DNA of 64,000 nt from an uncultured candidate division Zixibacteria bacterium (lineage in GTDB: Bacteria > Zixibacteria > MSB-5A5 > RBG-16-43-9). Below the pieces are notes generated by a model that saw only the letters and a program-made list of their open reading frames with translations, did no database searches and was not told where the DNA came from. Every line of letters starts with the position of its first letter. Within the stretch, counting starts at the first letter, position 1. The position numbers were made by a program, and so were the translations under genes. The stretch spans positions 2,176,001-2,240,000 of the forward strand of contig OY970208.1 in assembly GCA_963713865.1 (NCBI GenBank), in the 5' to 3' direction. Positions 50,188-60,696 of this stretch are shown here, in pieces.

Positions 50188-51132
50188 TTACCGATTTTTA
50201 TGTGAATTTTTCTCTTGATAATATTTAACTGTTTCTTCTATCCCCTTTTCTAAGGAGTATTGTGGCGACCATCCCAAGAGTTTTTTGGCTTTGGAATAAT
50301 CTAAAACGCTTCTTTTTTGTTCTCCTGGTTTTGCTGGACCATGAATTTCTTTCTGCTTGGAGTCGGTTTTTTCCTTCAGAAGTCTAAAAATATTATTGAC
50401 ATCAGACTCTATCCCAGTCCCGATATTGAAATAATCTGACTTTGGATAATTCAGGGCTGAAAGATTAGCCTTAACCACATCTTTGACATAGACAAAATCT
50501 CTGGTCTGTTTTCCATCTCCGTTGATTATGGTTTTTTCGCCCGATAGAAGTTTTTTTGTAAAAATAGCCACAACCCCAGCCTCACCCCAGGGATTCTGCC
50601 TTGGTCCATAGACATTAGCATATCTTAAGGAGATATAATTCAATCCAAAAACCTCTTTATAGAAATAGAGATATTTCTCAATGGCAAGCTTGGCAATCCC
50701 GTAAGGGGAAAGAGGTCTTTCCGGATGTTTTTCATCAGCTGGAAAATAGTCTTGCTCTCCATAAAGAGCTCCTCCAGTTGAGGCAAAGATAACCTTTTTT
50801 GTTTTATACTTAATACAGTTACTCAATAGATTTAATGTCCCTTCAATATTAATTCTGGCATCATGAATAGGGTCCTCTACCGATTTACGCACATCTATCT
50901 GTGCCGCATGATGGCACAGAGTTTCAATCTTTTCCTTTTTGAAAATCTCTTCAATTTTTTTACTTCTTATATCCACCCTGTAGAATTTAGCCCCGGGATT
51001 GATATTTTCTCTGAAACCAGTGCTTAAGTTATCCACTATCACCACCTTATGCCCCAGAAAGACAAAGTTGTCTGCCACATTCGACCCGATAAAACCAGCC
51101 CCACCTGTAACTAAAATTTTAGCCAATTTCAC
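50188..51132 (-). CDS. NAD-dependent epimerase/dehydratase (UDP-glucose 4-epimerase-like)
   Basis: TGGAGFIG, ASTGGALYG, YGIAK, RYANVYGPRQ. Confidence 0.92.
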   Translation of the reverse strand: MKLAKILVTGGAGFIGSNVADNFVFLGHKVVIVDNLSTGFRENINPGAKFYRVDIRSKKIEEIFKKEKIETLCHHAAQIDVRKSVEDPIHDARINIEGTLNLLSNCIKYKTKKVIFASTGGALYGEQDYFPADEKHPERPLSPYGIAKLAIEKYLYFYKEVFGLNYISLRYANVYGPRQNPWGEAGVVAIFTKKLLSGEKTIINGDGKQTRDFVYVKDVVKANLSALNYPKSDYFNIGTGIESDVNNIFRLLKEKTDSKQKEIHGPAKPGEQKRSVLDYSKAKKLLGWSPQYSLEKGIEETVKYYQEKNSHKNR

Positions 51133-51265
51133 TCCTTATTAAATATGTGAAATTTGTAACTAATAATAAAACTCAGGATTTTTAAAGTCAATGAAAAATT
51201 AGACCTGTGGGTTAGGATTCAAACCTACCCCTACAAATACCTCTATCAACCTATTAACCCTCATT

Positions 51266-52150
51266 CTATACCTTGTCCTTAACCTGGTGATATTCCTTGA
51301 ACCATGTAAACCCGAATTCTTCCATAATCTTCAGATAAATATTATTCCCCTCAGGCATAGAATCAGCACAATAATGAAGCCCGAAATAATATTGGGCAGC
51401 GTTTATGTATCCCTGTTCTGTTATCTTGTGGATACATTCCCTTGCAAATTCTTCTCCTTTAACTTTTTGGCAAACATCTTCAACCTTTTTGAGGTTTGCA
51501 TCGGTTATTTCACGTTTCCGGTCAATATGTTTTTCATCCAGTGCATCTATAAGTTCCTGGTTTTTCAGGTCATGGTATTTTTCTTGGTGAACCATTAATT
51601 TCACACCAAGCTTTTTTGCAGGTTTAGGCTTTGCTTTTGGATATCCCAGGCAAAGCAGTACCACCGGGAATACACCATCTGGCAATTTAAACAGGTCACG
51701 CAGGTCTCTAAAACACTCTAAGACCGTGCCGACATAAACCGAGCCCAATCCAAGTGAATCTGCGGCCGTACAGATATTCTGAGCACAGATTAGCGTATCC
51801 TGAAAAGAAATCCAGAAGTGCCGGAAAGAGCTGGTAGCAGTGAATGGTGCTATTTTTAGTTTAGCCCATCTTTCCAAACGATGGAAATCGATACAAAAAA
51901 GCAGATTAGTTGGAGCTTTAGCTATGAATCCCTGCTTTCCGCAAAGTTCTGCTAACTTTTGTTTTGTTTTTTCCTTTTCGATTTTTATTATGGAATAGGG
52001 CTGCAAATTCCCGCCCGAAGGCGAATGGATTCCGGCTTCAAGAATATATTGCAGGACATCTTTTGGTATTTTCTTGTCAGAAAAACTCCTGCAGCTTGCC
52101 CGCTCAAAAAGTAATTTCAAGGTTTGATTGGGGTAATCGGTTTTTTTCAT
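51266..52150 (-). CDS. Nitroreductase family protein (NfsA/FRP-like)
   Basis: RASCRSF, SPSGGNLQPYS, AQNIC.AA.SLGLGS.YVG, LCLGYP. Confidence 0.9.
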   Translation of the reverse strand: MKKTDYPNQTLKLLFERASCRSFSDKKIPKDVLQYILEAGIHSPSGGNLQPYSIIKIEKEKTKQKLAELCGKQGFIAKAPTNLLFCIDFHRLERWAKLKIAPFTATSSFRHFWISFQDTLICAQNICTAADSLGLGSVYVGTVLECFRDLRDLFKLPDGVFPVVLLCLGYPKAKPKPAKKLGVKLMVHQEKYHDLKNQELIDALDEKHIDRKREITDANLKKVEDVCQKVKGEEFARECIHKITEQGYINAAQYYFGLHYCADSMPEGNNIYLKIMEEFGFTWFKEYHQVKDKV

Positions 52151-52283
52151 AATGTTCCTTTCTCCTCGTCAATCATTCTTTAATATTTGGAATTTCAGGG
52201 AGTTGAGGGACGGGTAAGGATACTTTTGCAGGGGTTCAATCCGCCTCTGGCGGATAAACCCTGTTTACATAATTATTATCCCC

Positions 52284-52970
52284 TCAGTCACCTTTGACTA
52301 TTTCTTTCAGCTTTTCTCTATTTTTAAGGATAATCTCCTTTGAACCGGGTGCGAGAATCCCCATTTTTTTGAAACGGCTTATTACCCGAATAGCCGTCTC
52401 CACTGTTGTTCCCACGAAATCAGCCATATCCTGTCGGGTAAGTTTCAGGCTGATCTTGATCCCTTCAGGAACGTTTGAGCCATGTTTTTCCGTAAGCCCG
52501 AGCAGAAGTGCCGCTATCCTTTTCTCTACCTTTCTTGAGATCAGACTAATCATCATCTCATGTGCTTGCAGGAGTTTCTTGCCCAGAAAGATTATAACCT
52601 CTAAAGCTAAATTCTGATGATTTTTGATAAGAAAAAGCAGATCTTTTTTGGACAGGGAATATACTTTCGATCTTTCCTCAGCCCGGGCTGAAGCATATTG
52701 GGTTTCGGAGAAGATGGTTCCTCCGCCGCAGATCTCGCCTGGAGTTATAACCTCCAGCACTATCTCTCTACCCTGGGCTGAATGTTTTAAGACCTTCACC
52801 TTTCCGGTTTTTATCACATATAAGCAGGCAGCTGGCTCGCCTTCCCAGAACAGATATCCCCCTTTTTTAAACTCCTTTTCAATAAACTTCTGGCTGATTT
52901 GCAAAAGCTCATTTTCTTTTAAACTGGAGAAAAAGGGGATTTTCCTGATTATCTCTGTTTTTTTTATCAT
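52284..52970 (-). CDS. Crp/Fnr-family transcriptional regulator
   Basis: cNMP-binding beta-roll (GKVKV...GRE...PGE) and HTH LTRQDMADFVGTTVETAIRV. Confidence 0.93.
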   Translation of the reverse strand: MIKKTEIIRKIPFFSSLKENELLQISQKFIEKEFKKGGYLFWEGEPAACLYVIKTGKVKVLKHSAQGREIVLEVITPGEICGGGTIFSETQYASARAEERSKVYSLSKKDLLFLIKNHQNLALEVIIFLGKKLLQAHEMMISLISRKVEKRIAALLLGLTEKHGSNVPEGIKISLKLTRQDMADFVGTTVETAIRVISRFKKMGILAPGSKEIILKNREKLKEIVKGD

Positions 52971-53249
52971 TTAAAGAAAAATAACTTTAAGCCTCGAAAT
53001 TCTTTGAAGACAATTTAACCCGCTTGCATTTCATGTCAAGGATAAAAAGTTTTTGTAATAGTTCATAAATTGTTCTTACAGAGCTGAATTTGACCCCACC
53101 CTGTCCCTCCCCTGCAGGATAGGGTCAGGGAGAGGTCAAAATCTCTGTTGGTCTGGAGGTCAACGGAGAGCATAAGAATAAAGGAAAAGAAAATAAAAGA
53201 TGATAGAACAAACTTCAAAGCTGGTATGAGCCAGTTTTTAATCAGAATT

Positions 53250-55442
53250 CTAAAATCTGGTAATCAAGCTGACTATCAAATTCCTTCCCGGTTCTACCAC
53301 CGGGTTATAAGGATTGGTAGCATTGTAAGGCTCGCTGTAGAGCTTGTCTGTCAGGTTATTCAGGGATATGTTCAAGCTCTGCCATTTGAAAAGATTCAAT
53401 GAGGTTTCCAGATTCAAGACATCAAATCCCTCAGTGGGAAGTTTGTCCAGATACCTCCCTTCGCTATCCACCGGCACTCTTTTTTGTCTTTCCACATGCC
53501 TCCAGTTCAGCTCAGCTCTGAACCTGTCTTTACTTTCTCTCCAGCCCAAACCCAGATATACCTTTAAAGGTGCAACGAAGATCGGCTGGTCTTGGCTCAG
53601 GTTATCACCCCTGGTATAGGTTAGATTGGCGACACTATAGAATCCTTTGGGAAGTTCAGCTTCAATGGAAGACTCAATCCCCGAAATCCTTACCTCACTT
53701 ATATTGGCATAATGCCAGATAGGAAGCTTTTCCATCCCTAAAGTCATGGAATCGCCAGTGGACTCCAACTCGATGTAGTCCCTGTAATTATTTAAGAAGA
53801 AAGTGAGCGAAGAGTAGATTTTCGAAAAGTTAGCCTTGACTCCCAGGTCTATATTCACGCTTTTTTCCGGGGCGAGGTCATAATTGGGAATCACGAATTC
53901 AGTACCCGAAGCACGTCCGAAGAAATATTTTTCTACAACATTTGGTATACGGAAAGCGCTGGCAACATTTCCGGTTAAGTTTAGATGGTCAGTTAATCTG
54001 TAAACCACGCCTATTCCTCCGTTCAATGAGCTTGTGCTCTGTGTCTTTGAGGGAAAAGGCTCTGGAGGAGTTTTGCTGTAATCCTCATAATCGGATGTTT
54101 CTCTGGTTTTCAGGTTGAAGTAATCATATCTTAATCCCATAGTCAAAAGTGCCCGGTTAAATGGATTGTATTCGTTATTAACGTATATACCCAAAGCATC
54201 TAAACTATTTTCCGGAACAGTGGAAAGGGTGCTGACATCGTCAGAAACTACCGCAGTATCGAACATAGCAACTGTATTTCTCAAATATCTGCTTCCATCT
54301 ATTATCTCCCGGTAATAATCCATTCCCCAGGTTAGATGCTGATCTTTACCCGTGAGAAAAAGCTCCTGAAAGCTTGCCCCAAAAGATTCAACCTTAGTCA
54401 AAGTCCGGCTGAAGGAACGAAGACTTATCGGAGGGAAGGGATTGATCGAAGTGGTCAGATCCGACTCGAAATTTTTACTGATGTCCTGGTAATATACTTT
54501 GGCTTTCAGGGACAGGAGATGTGAGGTCAGATTCTTCGCCTCGTATCTTAGCGCTACTTTATCCCGGTTATGATAAGGAAAATAGAATTTGGGGGACAAC
54601 TCATTTGGTGTTCCAGGATAACCGATCCCTTCGGCTCTAAATCTTTGACCCTCCAAACTAAGGTTTTGATTTGAGGTTAAATTGTATTCCCCTTTAAAAT
54701 CTAAGTTGTCATCCTGATCAATACCCGAATTAACTACTTTTCCCTGTGGAGATTTATAATCATCCGCTTTCCGGATATTCCCGCCTAAGAGAAAACCCCA
54801 TTTATGATTTCCTCCACCTAATTCTAATCGGGCCTTCCTCTGCTCATCGATAGTTGAATATTTTAAATTAAGGCTTCCGGATAAACTGAATCTCCTATTT
54901 CCTGAGAACTGCAGCTTTTTGGTGATTATGTTTATTACTCCGCCCAAGGCATCAGAGCCATAGAGAATCGAGCCCGGACCGTTGATTACCTCAATTCTCT
55001 CTACCTGACCTACATCCACCAAAGAAAGCTGGGCACCGGAAAAGGTCGATTCCCGGATATCGTTTAACCTTTCCCCATCCACTAATATCAGAACCCGGCT
55101 GCCGAACATCCCCCGGATTACGGGTCTCGTTCTAAAAGGACCAGCATCATTGACTTCAACCCCCAGCTCCACCTTTAAAAGATCGGATACTATCTGGGGA
55201 TTCTGTGTTTCTATCTCCTGTCTGGTGATTATGGAAACCGACTGCGGAAGATCGAAAGCATCTTTTTCATAGCGATTGGCAGTAACCACCATATCTTTCA
55301 AAAGATAAACCGGCACCTTAGAACTGTCGGCTTTTGCAGGCTCTTCTGCTCTAACCGGATTTGGTATGAAAGAAATTACCAGCAAGACAAACAAAAAACA
55401 ACCGGCTTTAAATCCGAGGTTTTTAAAACTGAGTTTTGACAT
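53250..55442 (-). CDS. TonB-dependent outer-membrane receptor
   Basis: Signal peptide, MVVTANR, plug IRG...VDG, ERIEV..GPGS.LYGSDALGGVINI, FRIPN, C-terminal Phe. Confidence 0.95.
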   Translation of the reverse strand: MSKLSFKNLGFKAGCFLFVLLVISFIPNPVRAEEPAKADSSKVPVYLLKDMVVTANRYEKDAFDLPQSVSIITRQEIETQNPQIVSDLLKVELGVEVNDAGPFRTRPVIRGMFGSRVLILVDGERLNDIRESTFSGAQLSLVDVGQVERIEVINGPGSILYGSDALGGVINIITKKLQFSGNRRFSLSGSLNLKYSTIDEQRKARLELGGGNHKWGFLLGGNIRKADDYKSPQGKVVNSGIDQDDNLDFKGEYNLTSNQNLSLEGQRFRAEGIGYPGTPNELSPKFYFPYHNRDKVALRYEAKNLTSHLLSLKAKVYYQDISKNFESDLTTSINPFPPISLRSFSRTLTKVESFGASFQELFLTGKDQHLTWGMDYYREIIDGSRYLRNTVAMFDTAVVSDDVSTLSTVPENSLDALGIYVNNEYNPFNRALLTMGLRYDYFNLKTRETSDYEDYSKTPPEPFPSKTQSTSSLNGGIGVVYRLTDHLNLTGNVASAFRIPNVVEKYFFGRASGTEFVIPNYDLAPEKSVNIDLGVKANFSKIYSSLTFFLNNYRDYIELESTGDSMTLGMEKLPIWHYANISEVRISGIESSIEAELPKGFYSVANLTYTRGDNLSQDQPIFVAPLKVYLGLGWRESKDRFRAELNWRHVERQKRVPVDSEGRYLDKLPTEGFDVLNLETSLNLFKWQSLNISLNNLTDKLYSEPYNATNPYNPVVEPGRNLIVSLITRF

Positions 55443-55567
55443 CTTTACTCCTTTTTAATTTTTTATTTTCACGTCTCACATTTTTCTTCTTACGTCTAAT
55501 CTTACTATCAGCTGCCAACTCCTTTAAAAATATCTTTGAGATTATAATTATACTGTTTGTCCTGAAA

Positions 55568-55583
55568 TATGACCAAAATCATA
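55568..55583. promoter_or_regulatory. Candidate Crp/Fnr-type binding site upstream of the receptor gene
   Basis: Perfect TATGA-N6-TCATA palindrome. Confidence 0.55.
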
Positions 55584-55815
55584 AAATCGTAATTATTATT
55601 ATTAAATTATATTTGGAGGTTAGATAATATCGGGGAAACAATAGAGACGCATTCGATGCGTCTCTACAACCTGTAGGGACAGGACACCGTCCTGTCCACC
55701 AAGATGTTTGTTCCACCAATATAACAGGACAGAACACTGTTCTGTCCCTACAAAAATTCCCTCTCCTTTTTTCCCAAAAGGGATCCGTAGGAAAGGAGAA
55801 GGAAGGGAGAGGTTA

Positions 55816-56856
55816 TTATTTAAACAACCCCTCAAACACCTCAATAGTCTTCAAAATATCCTCAGTATTCACATCCAGATGTGTCACCAATCTCATCCTG
55901 GTTTTTCCAAAAGGGAGAGAAAGAATCCCGTTCTCTTTCAATTTCTCCACTAACCAGTTTGAATCCTTCCCCTTCTCTTTTATATCCAAGATAACCATAT
56001 TAGTCTGAACAGACTCTAAATCGATATATATCCCCTTGAGTTTCGCTATACCATCAGCTAAAACCCTGGCATTTTTGTGGTCTTCAGCCAGGCGATCAAA
56101 ATTATTTTCGATTGCATAAATCCCTGCGGCTGCAAGAATCCCCACCTGTCTCATCCCACCACCAAACATCTTCCTGTTTTTCCGTGCCTTCTTGATAAAC
56201 TCAGCACTTCCGGAAACAACTGAGCCGATTGGCGCACCTAATCCCTTGGATAGACAAACAGAAACCGAATCAAAATAGCGGGCATACTCTTTCATCGGAA
56301 TCCCGGTAGCAATCGAGGCATTCCATAAACGGGCACCATCTAAATGCATTTTAACATTATGCTCTCTGGCAACAGTATGAATCTTTTTTATCTCTTCAAG
56401 CGGATAAATCGTTCCCCCTGCCCGGTTATGGGTATTTTCTATGATGATCAAAGACGTGGAAGGATGGTGAATATTATCCGGTCTTATCTCTTCCAGGATT
56501 TGCCCAGCCTTTAAAATCCCCCTTTCCCCCATTAGTGGATGAAGCTGTAACCCGGAAATGGCTGAGGCTGCACCTACTTCATAGTTATAAATGTGAGAAT
56601 TTACTTCCAGAATTACCTCGTCCCCCGGACTAGTTAAAGATTTTAAAGATACCTGATTACCCATAGTCCCGGAAGGGACGTAAAGTGCACCCTCTTTCCC
56701 CAAAATCTCAGAGACCATTTTCTCTAATCTCATAACTGTGGGATCATCCCCCAAAACATCATCTCCCACCTCAGCTTCTGCTATAGCTTTTCTCATTTTT
56801 TTTGAGGGTTTTGTAACCGTATCGCTTCTTAAATCTATGAATCTTTTTTGCTCCAT
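55816..56856 (-). CDS. ltaE: Low-specificity L-threonine aldolase
   Basis: DLRSDTVT, PSGTMGN, ENTHN, HLDGARL, CLSKGLGAP, GGGMRQ. Confidence 0.95.
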   Translation of the reverse strand: MEQKRFIDLRSDTVTKPSKKMRKAIAEAEVGDDVLGDDPTVMRLEKMVSEILGKEGALYVPSGTMGNQVSLKSLTSPGDEVILEVNSHIYNYEVGAASAISGLQLHPLMGERGILKAGQILEEIRPDNIHHPSTSLIIIENTHNRAGGTIYPLEEIKKIHTVAREHNVKMHLDGARLWNASIATGIPMKEYARYFDSVSVCLSKGLGAPIGSVVSGSAEFIKKARKNRKMFGGGMRQVGILAAAGIYAIENNFDRLAEDHKNARVLADGIAKLKGIYIDLESVQTNMVILDIKEKGKDSNWLVEKLKENGILSLPFGKTRMRLVTHLDVNTEDILKTIEVFEGLFK

Positions 56857-57003
56857 ATAATTCTCCTTCTAATAAGGTAGGTCAAATATGTTTCGCATGT
56901 AGAGGAAGGCTTTAGCTTTCCATATTTTAATGGAGGTCTGAAGACCTCCGCTACATTTTTTCACCTTAAGGAATAGACAAGATGTCTGTTCTACCTATAC
57001 TGA

Positions 57004-57583
57004 TTACAATAAAATCAAAATCTCCATTATCAGTCCGCAGACCAGCGGAACGCTCAGGTTATCATCAATCGGAATACTCAAAGCCTCAATTCCAGTCGCT
57101 ACTGCTGCGCCTATGGCACCTATCCAGAAGGGTAACCCGGGAAGGAAAAGGGCAATCAGGAGACAGATGGAAAGGAAAGCCAGAACTTCCCTCTAAGCTC
57201 TTTTTTTCGATTTTGGTTCTTCCATAAACCCTTCCTACCAGAGCTGAAGCGATATCTCCTAAGATAATATAGGCTATAGCGGCTATGGCAACTTTTTTAT
57301 TAAAAAAGATAATAGACAAAACCGAAGCAGAGAGGATGTGACTTGAGCCGGTCAGGCTATAACTTTCGTGCTCCCTCAATACCGGACCTAAAAGCCAGTT
57401 GAAAAAACCAGCTAAAGGTAGATTCCTCAGCCGGATTATATCTATCAGGATCGAGCCTATGGTTATCGGGACAAGAATCAATAGAGCAGTCTTTTTAGGC
57501 AGAATGTAATACCCTAAAGGGATAGACAGGGCAAAGAGATGAACAGCTTTCCTCTTGAGCTCATTGTAAAGAGATATTTCCAA
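57004..57583 (-). pseudogene. Phytol/dolichol kinase-like CTP-dependent membrane kinase split by one extra base
   Basis: RKAVH, GD.ASALVG, KSLEGS; removing one base near 57184 gives LAFLSICLLIALF...PIDDNLSVP...LL* (192 aa). Confidence 0.85.
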
Positions 57584-57703
57584 AGATTTTCTTGCTAAAA
57601 CATTTATTTTAGATACTGCAATTTACTTTTTACCGAAGCTGCATCTCTTTCGCTTCTTTAAAAAGTAAAGATACCACTTCAATCCGCAGAGAAAAAATTT
57701 GCG

Positions 57704-59452
57704 TTACTTTCCTTTTCCCTTTTCAGATCCGCTGGAGGGTTTCAATTTAAACTTCTTGACTGATTTCTCATTAACCCAGATCTCCTCCCCTTCCCTTAAG
57801 GATTGCTCCCATTCTGCGTTGACTTTCTTCTGTTTCTCCTGGCTTACCAGAGTTTTTATTTTATCTTTATATAGTATCACCGGGGAATCGCTTCTTCTTT
57901 CCACTAATTTGATAAGATGATACCCCCACTCGGTTTTAACCGGATGACTTACCTCGCCTACCTGTAATCGAGTTGCTGCCTCGTAAAATTCAGGGGAGAT
58001 ATCCTTATCTGAAATGAAACCTAAATCATAGGCTACATCCCGAATCTCTTTTTCACCTGGATAATATTCCTTAACCATCTCCACGAAATCAGCCCCCTCC
58101 TGTATCTTTTTCAGAACCTCCTCCGCTTTCAGGGAATCACTGAAGATTATATGATAAACATGAATAGAGCTGTCCGGTGGAAACTCTTGCCGGTGGGAAA
58201 GGTAATAATCATTGACTTCCTCATCCGAAGGAACGGTTGGTTTCAAGGTCCTGCCGGCTAAAACTCTTTTTTCAGCTTCTTTGAACCTGAAATTGTTCAT
58301 CTCCTCGCTATATTCAGGTAGTTTTTCATAACCTCCCCTTTTCCCCTCGAGGACCAGGATGTTATAAAGAGAACTGTAATCCCGGAGGAGTTTCTTTTTA
58401 TCCTCCAGATCTAAGGTGTCCTTTTTCAAATAAGCTCTATACGACTCCAGGTCACCTTTGTATTTTGAAAATCTAACCGTGTCTTGATTATCTATTATCA
58501 GAACCCAGGGATCATCTTTAATTGAATCAGGTTTTTGATTTAAAACTTCTTCATTGTATTGATAGTTGGTCCGGCTCTTTAAACTGTCCAGATACTCGCC
58601 AACTCTTTTCTTTTGCTTCTCTTTGCTTAGCGTTAACTTTATGCGGTTTTTGAGATCGTCATTATACTCTATAAGCTCCCCGGGGAGCTTATCAGTATAT
58701 TTCAAAATATGATATCCGTATTTGGTCTTGAAAGGCTTGGAAACTTCCCCTGGCTGTAGAGTAGAAATTTGTTCTTCAAACTCTTTAAGCATCATCCCTT
58801 TGGGAAGTAACCCCAACTCGCCACCTTTTTCTCTGGTCTTCTCCTCATCTGAAAACTGCTTTGCCAGAGCTGAAAAATCTTCACCGGCTATAATCCGGTT
58901 GTAGATCGATTCGATCTTCTCCAAAGCTTTTTTCTCCGCTTCTTTTTCCTGTTCTGGATCATCTTTCTGCAAAGTATCTTTCTTTATCTCGACCAATATA
59001 TGGCTGATCTTATACTGTTCCGGTTTATTGAAGAGTTCACCCTTATTCTTCTCGTAAAAAGCGGCTATCTCACTATCCTGAACCTCCGCTTTCTCTGCAA
59101 TCTCCTTTTTATACATCAACTCTACCAGGTAATCCAGGGAATGTTTTTCTTCCTTCTTTTTCCACTCCTCATCCTGACTCAAGTCCATCTTCTTTGCCTT
59201 TTGCTCCACTAATTTATCGGTGATAAGCAGATCCAGGGTTTCCCTTTTGGTCTTTTGCTCCTCCTCTTGGTTATCCCTGGTAACAAAATTAATGGACTCT
59301 AACTTCTTTTTAAAATCATCCTTGGTTATAACCTCTCCATTTACCTTAGCCACGGCATCCTTATCTTTGGAGCCGGCATTGGAATTTATAGTCTGGCTTA
59401 TAGAAAATAGCCCCAGGATAAGAAATTGAAAAAGAAGTTTCGGTCTAATCAT
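57704..59452 (-). CDS. Exported parvulin-type peptidyl-prolyl isomerase (SurA/PrsA-like, two PPIase domains)
   Basis: VAKVNG, SHIL, FSALAKQFS, GGELG, PFKTKYGYHI; second domain VYHI...PVKTEWGYHLI. Confidence 0.9.
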   Translation of the reverse strand: MIRPKLLFQFLILGLFSISQTINSNAGSKDKDAVAKVNGEVITKDDFKKKLESINFVTRDNQEEEQKTKRETLDLLITDKLVEQKAKKMDLSQDEEWKKKEEKHSLDYLVELMYKKEIAEKAEVQDSEIAAFYEKNKGELFNKPEQYKISHILVEIKKDTLQKDDPEQEKEAEKKALEKIESIYNRIIAGEDFSALAKQFSDEEKTREKGGELGLLPKGMMLKEFEEQISTLQPGEVSKPFKTKYGYHILKYTDKLPGELIEYNDDLKNRIKLTLSKEKQKKRVGEYLDSLKSRTNYQYNEEVLNQKPDSIKDDPWVLIIDNQDTVRFSKYKGDLESYRAYLKKDTLDLEDKKKLLRDYSSLYNILVLEGKRGGYEKLPEYSEEMNNFRFKEAEKRVLAGRTLKPTVPSDEEVNDYYLSHRQEFPPDSSIHVYHIIFSDSLKAEEVLKKIQEGADFVEMVKEYYPGEKEIRDVAYDLGFISDKDISPEFYEAATRLQVGEVSHPVKTEWGYHLIKLVERRSDSPVILYKDKIKTLVSQEKQKKVNAEWEQSLREGEEIWVNEKSVKKFKLKPSSGSEKGKGK

Positions 59453-59469
59453 ATACTCTCCTTTTTTAT

Positions 59470-60432
59470 TTAGAGTTTAACCTTTAAAGAGACTCGATAA
59501 CTGTTGTCTAATTCTTTATGGCTTAAGAATGCTAAATCCACCTCAAATTTTTTAAAACTCAGGCCTCCTCCTGCGGAGAAATTTCCCCGGTCAAACCCCA
59601 GCCGGGCTGATACTCTTTCTAAATAGACCACCTCCCAGCCATAATGCATATCTGCGGATATGTCCCCCTGCCAGTACTGGGCAGAATATCTTCTACCTTC
59701 AAAATTTAATTCCGCCTCAGTGGTGAATAGAAAAGAAAAGTTTTTAATATCTTTTTTCAAGCCAAATCCGGTCCTTAAAGATGGGGAGATGGTTTCCTTG
59801 GTTCCGTTATCATAAGATAAGAAAGTAGAGACTGCATCTTTGAGATTAGCTCCTAAACTGAGATGGCTGGTCGGAGAATAAAGCAATCCTAAATCGATTC
59901 CCAGGCCAAAAGCGGAATTATCCACTATATGGCGATAGATGAGTTTGGCATTCCCACCAAAAGAGAGCTTGGGATTTGTTTCTCTGGCAAAGGAGAAGGT
60001 TAAAAGGTAATCTGCATGTCCGGCCTCTTTTTTTACATAGGGACGGTTGGCACTGCTTATCGGGTTGTTCGGATCAGGAAGTTCGGTTACCTTTATATCC
60101 CCACCACCCAGTCGCATCAAACTAAATCCGAGAGTATAATTTTGATATCGATTATGTAGAGGCAGAGCCCAGCTTATGAAGTCGTGATTTAAAAGGGAAC
60201 CGAAGGTTTCCGCATGCATAAAGACGAGCTCCTGAGAAGATATTTGAGAAAGCCCGGCCGGGTTCCAGTAAGTAGCAGTAGCATCATCTGCAATAGCCAC
60301 GAAAGCACCACCCATCCCTAAGGCTCTCCCGCCAACCCCAAGGTTCAGGAATTCTCCGGCATATTTAGCCCCATTGGCTTGATTATAAATCAGGAATAAA
60401 ACCAAGATTAAAAAAAGGTATCTTCTTATCAT
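59470..60432 (-). CDS. PorV/PorQ-like outer-membrane beta-barrel protein
   Basis: Signal peptide; FLNLGVGGRALGMGGAFVA.ADD...YWNPAGL; alternating beta-strand pattern. Confidence 0.85.
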   Translation of the reverse strand: MIRRYLFLILVLFLIYNQANGAKYAGEFLNLGVGGRALGMGGAFVAIADDATATYWNPAGLSQISSQELVFMHAETFGSLLNHDFISWALPLHNRYQNYTLGFSLMRLGGGDIKVTELPDPNNPISSANRPYVKKEAGHADYLLTFSFARETNPKLSFGGNAKLIYRHIVDNSAFGLGIDLGLLYSPTSHLSLGANLKDAVSTFLSYDNGTKETISPSLRTGFGLKKDIKNFSFLFTTEAELNFEGRRYSAQYWQGDISADMHYGWEVVYLERVSARLGFDRGNFSAGGGLSFKKFEVDLAFLSHKELDNSYRVSLKVKL

Positions 60433-60632
60433 AATGTTTAATAATAATTCAAGAAACGACCAGTGTCAATAAAATTCATCCTTTTCTGTACTCTGGATAG
60501 GGTATTTACCCCTATCTTACTTCCTCGCTGGTTGCAAAATGAGGTCAATCCAGAGGGTCGTAAAAGCAGAGTCTGGCATAGTATTATTATTCCTTTGTAT
60601 ATCCATATTTAGTTAATAGTAATTCCCCATCT

Positions 60633-60662
60633 TTGACAAGACCGATCCCGGGGGCATATAAT
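60633..60662 (+). promoter_or_regulatory. Consensus sigma70 promoter pointing antisense into the gene at 60697
   Basis: TTGACA-N18-TATAAT. Confidence 0.45.
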
Positions 60663-60696
60663 TTATACTCTTTGCTATTTGGTTCTAACATAATCT

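Noticed and set aside
60491-60556. Possible riboswitch (CTCTGGAT/ATCCAGAG enclosing two small stems)
   Set aside because: No aptamer consensus recognised, and it lies upstream of the apparent -35 of the porV-like gene; needs an Rfam search.
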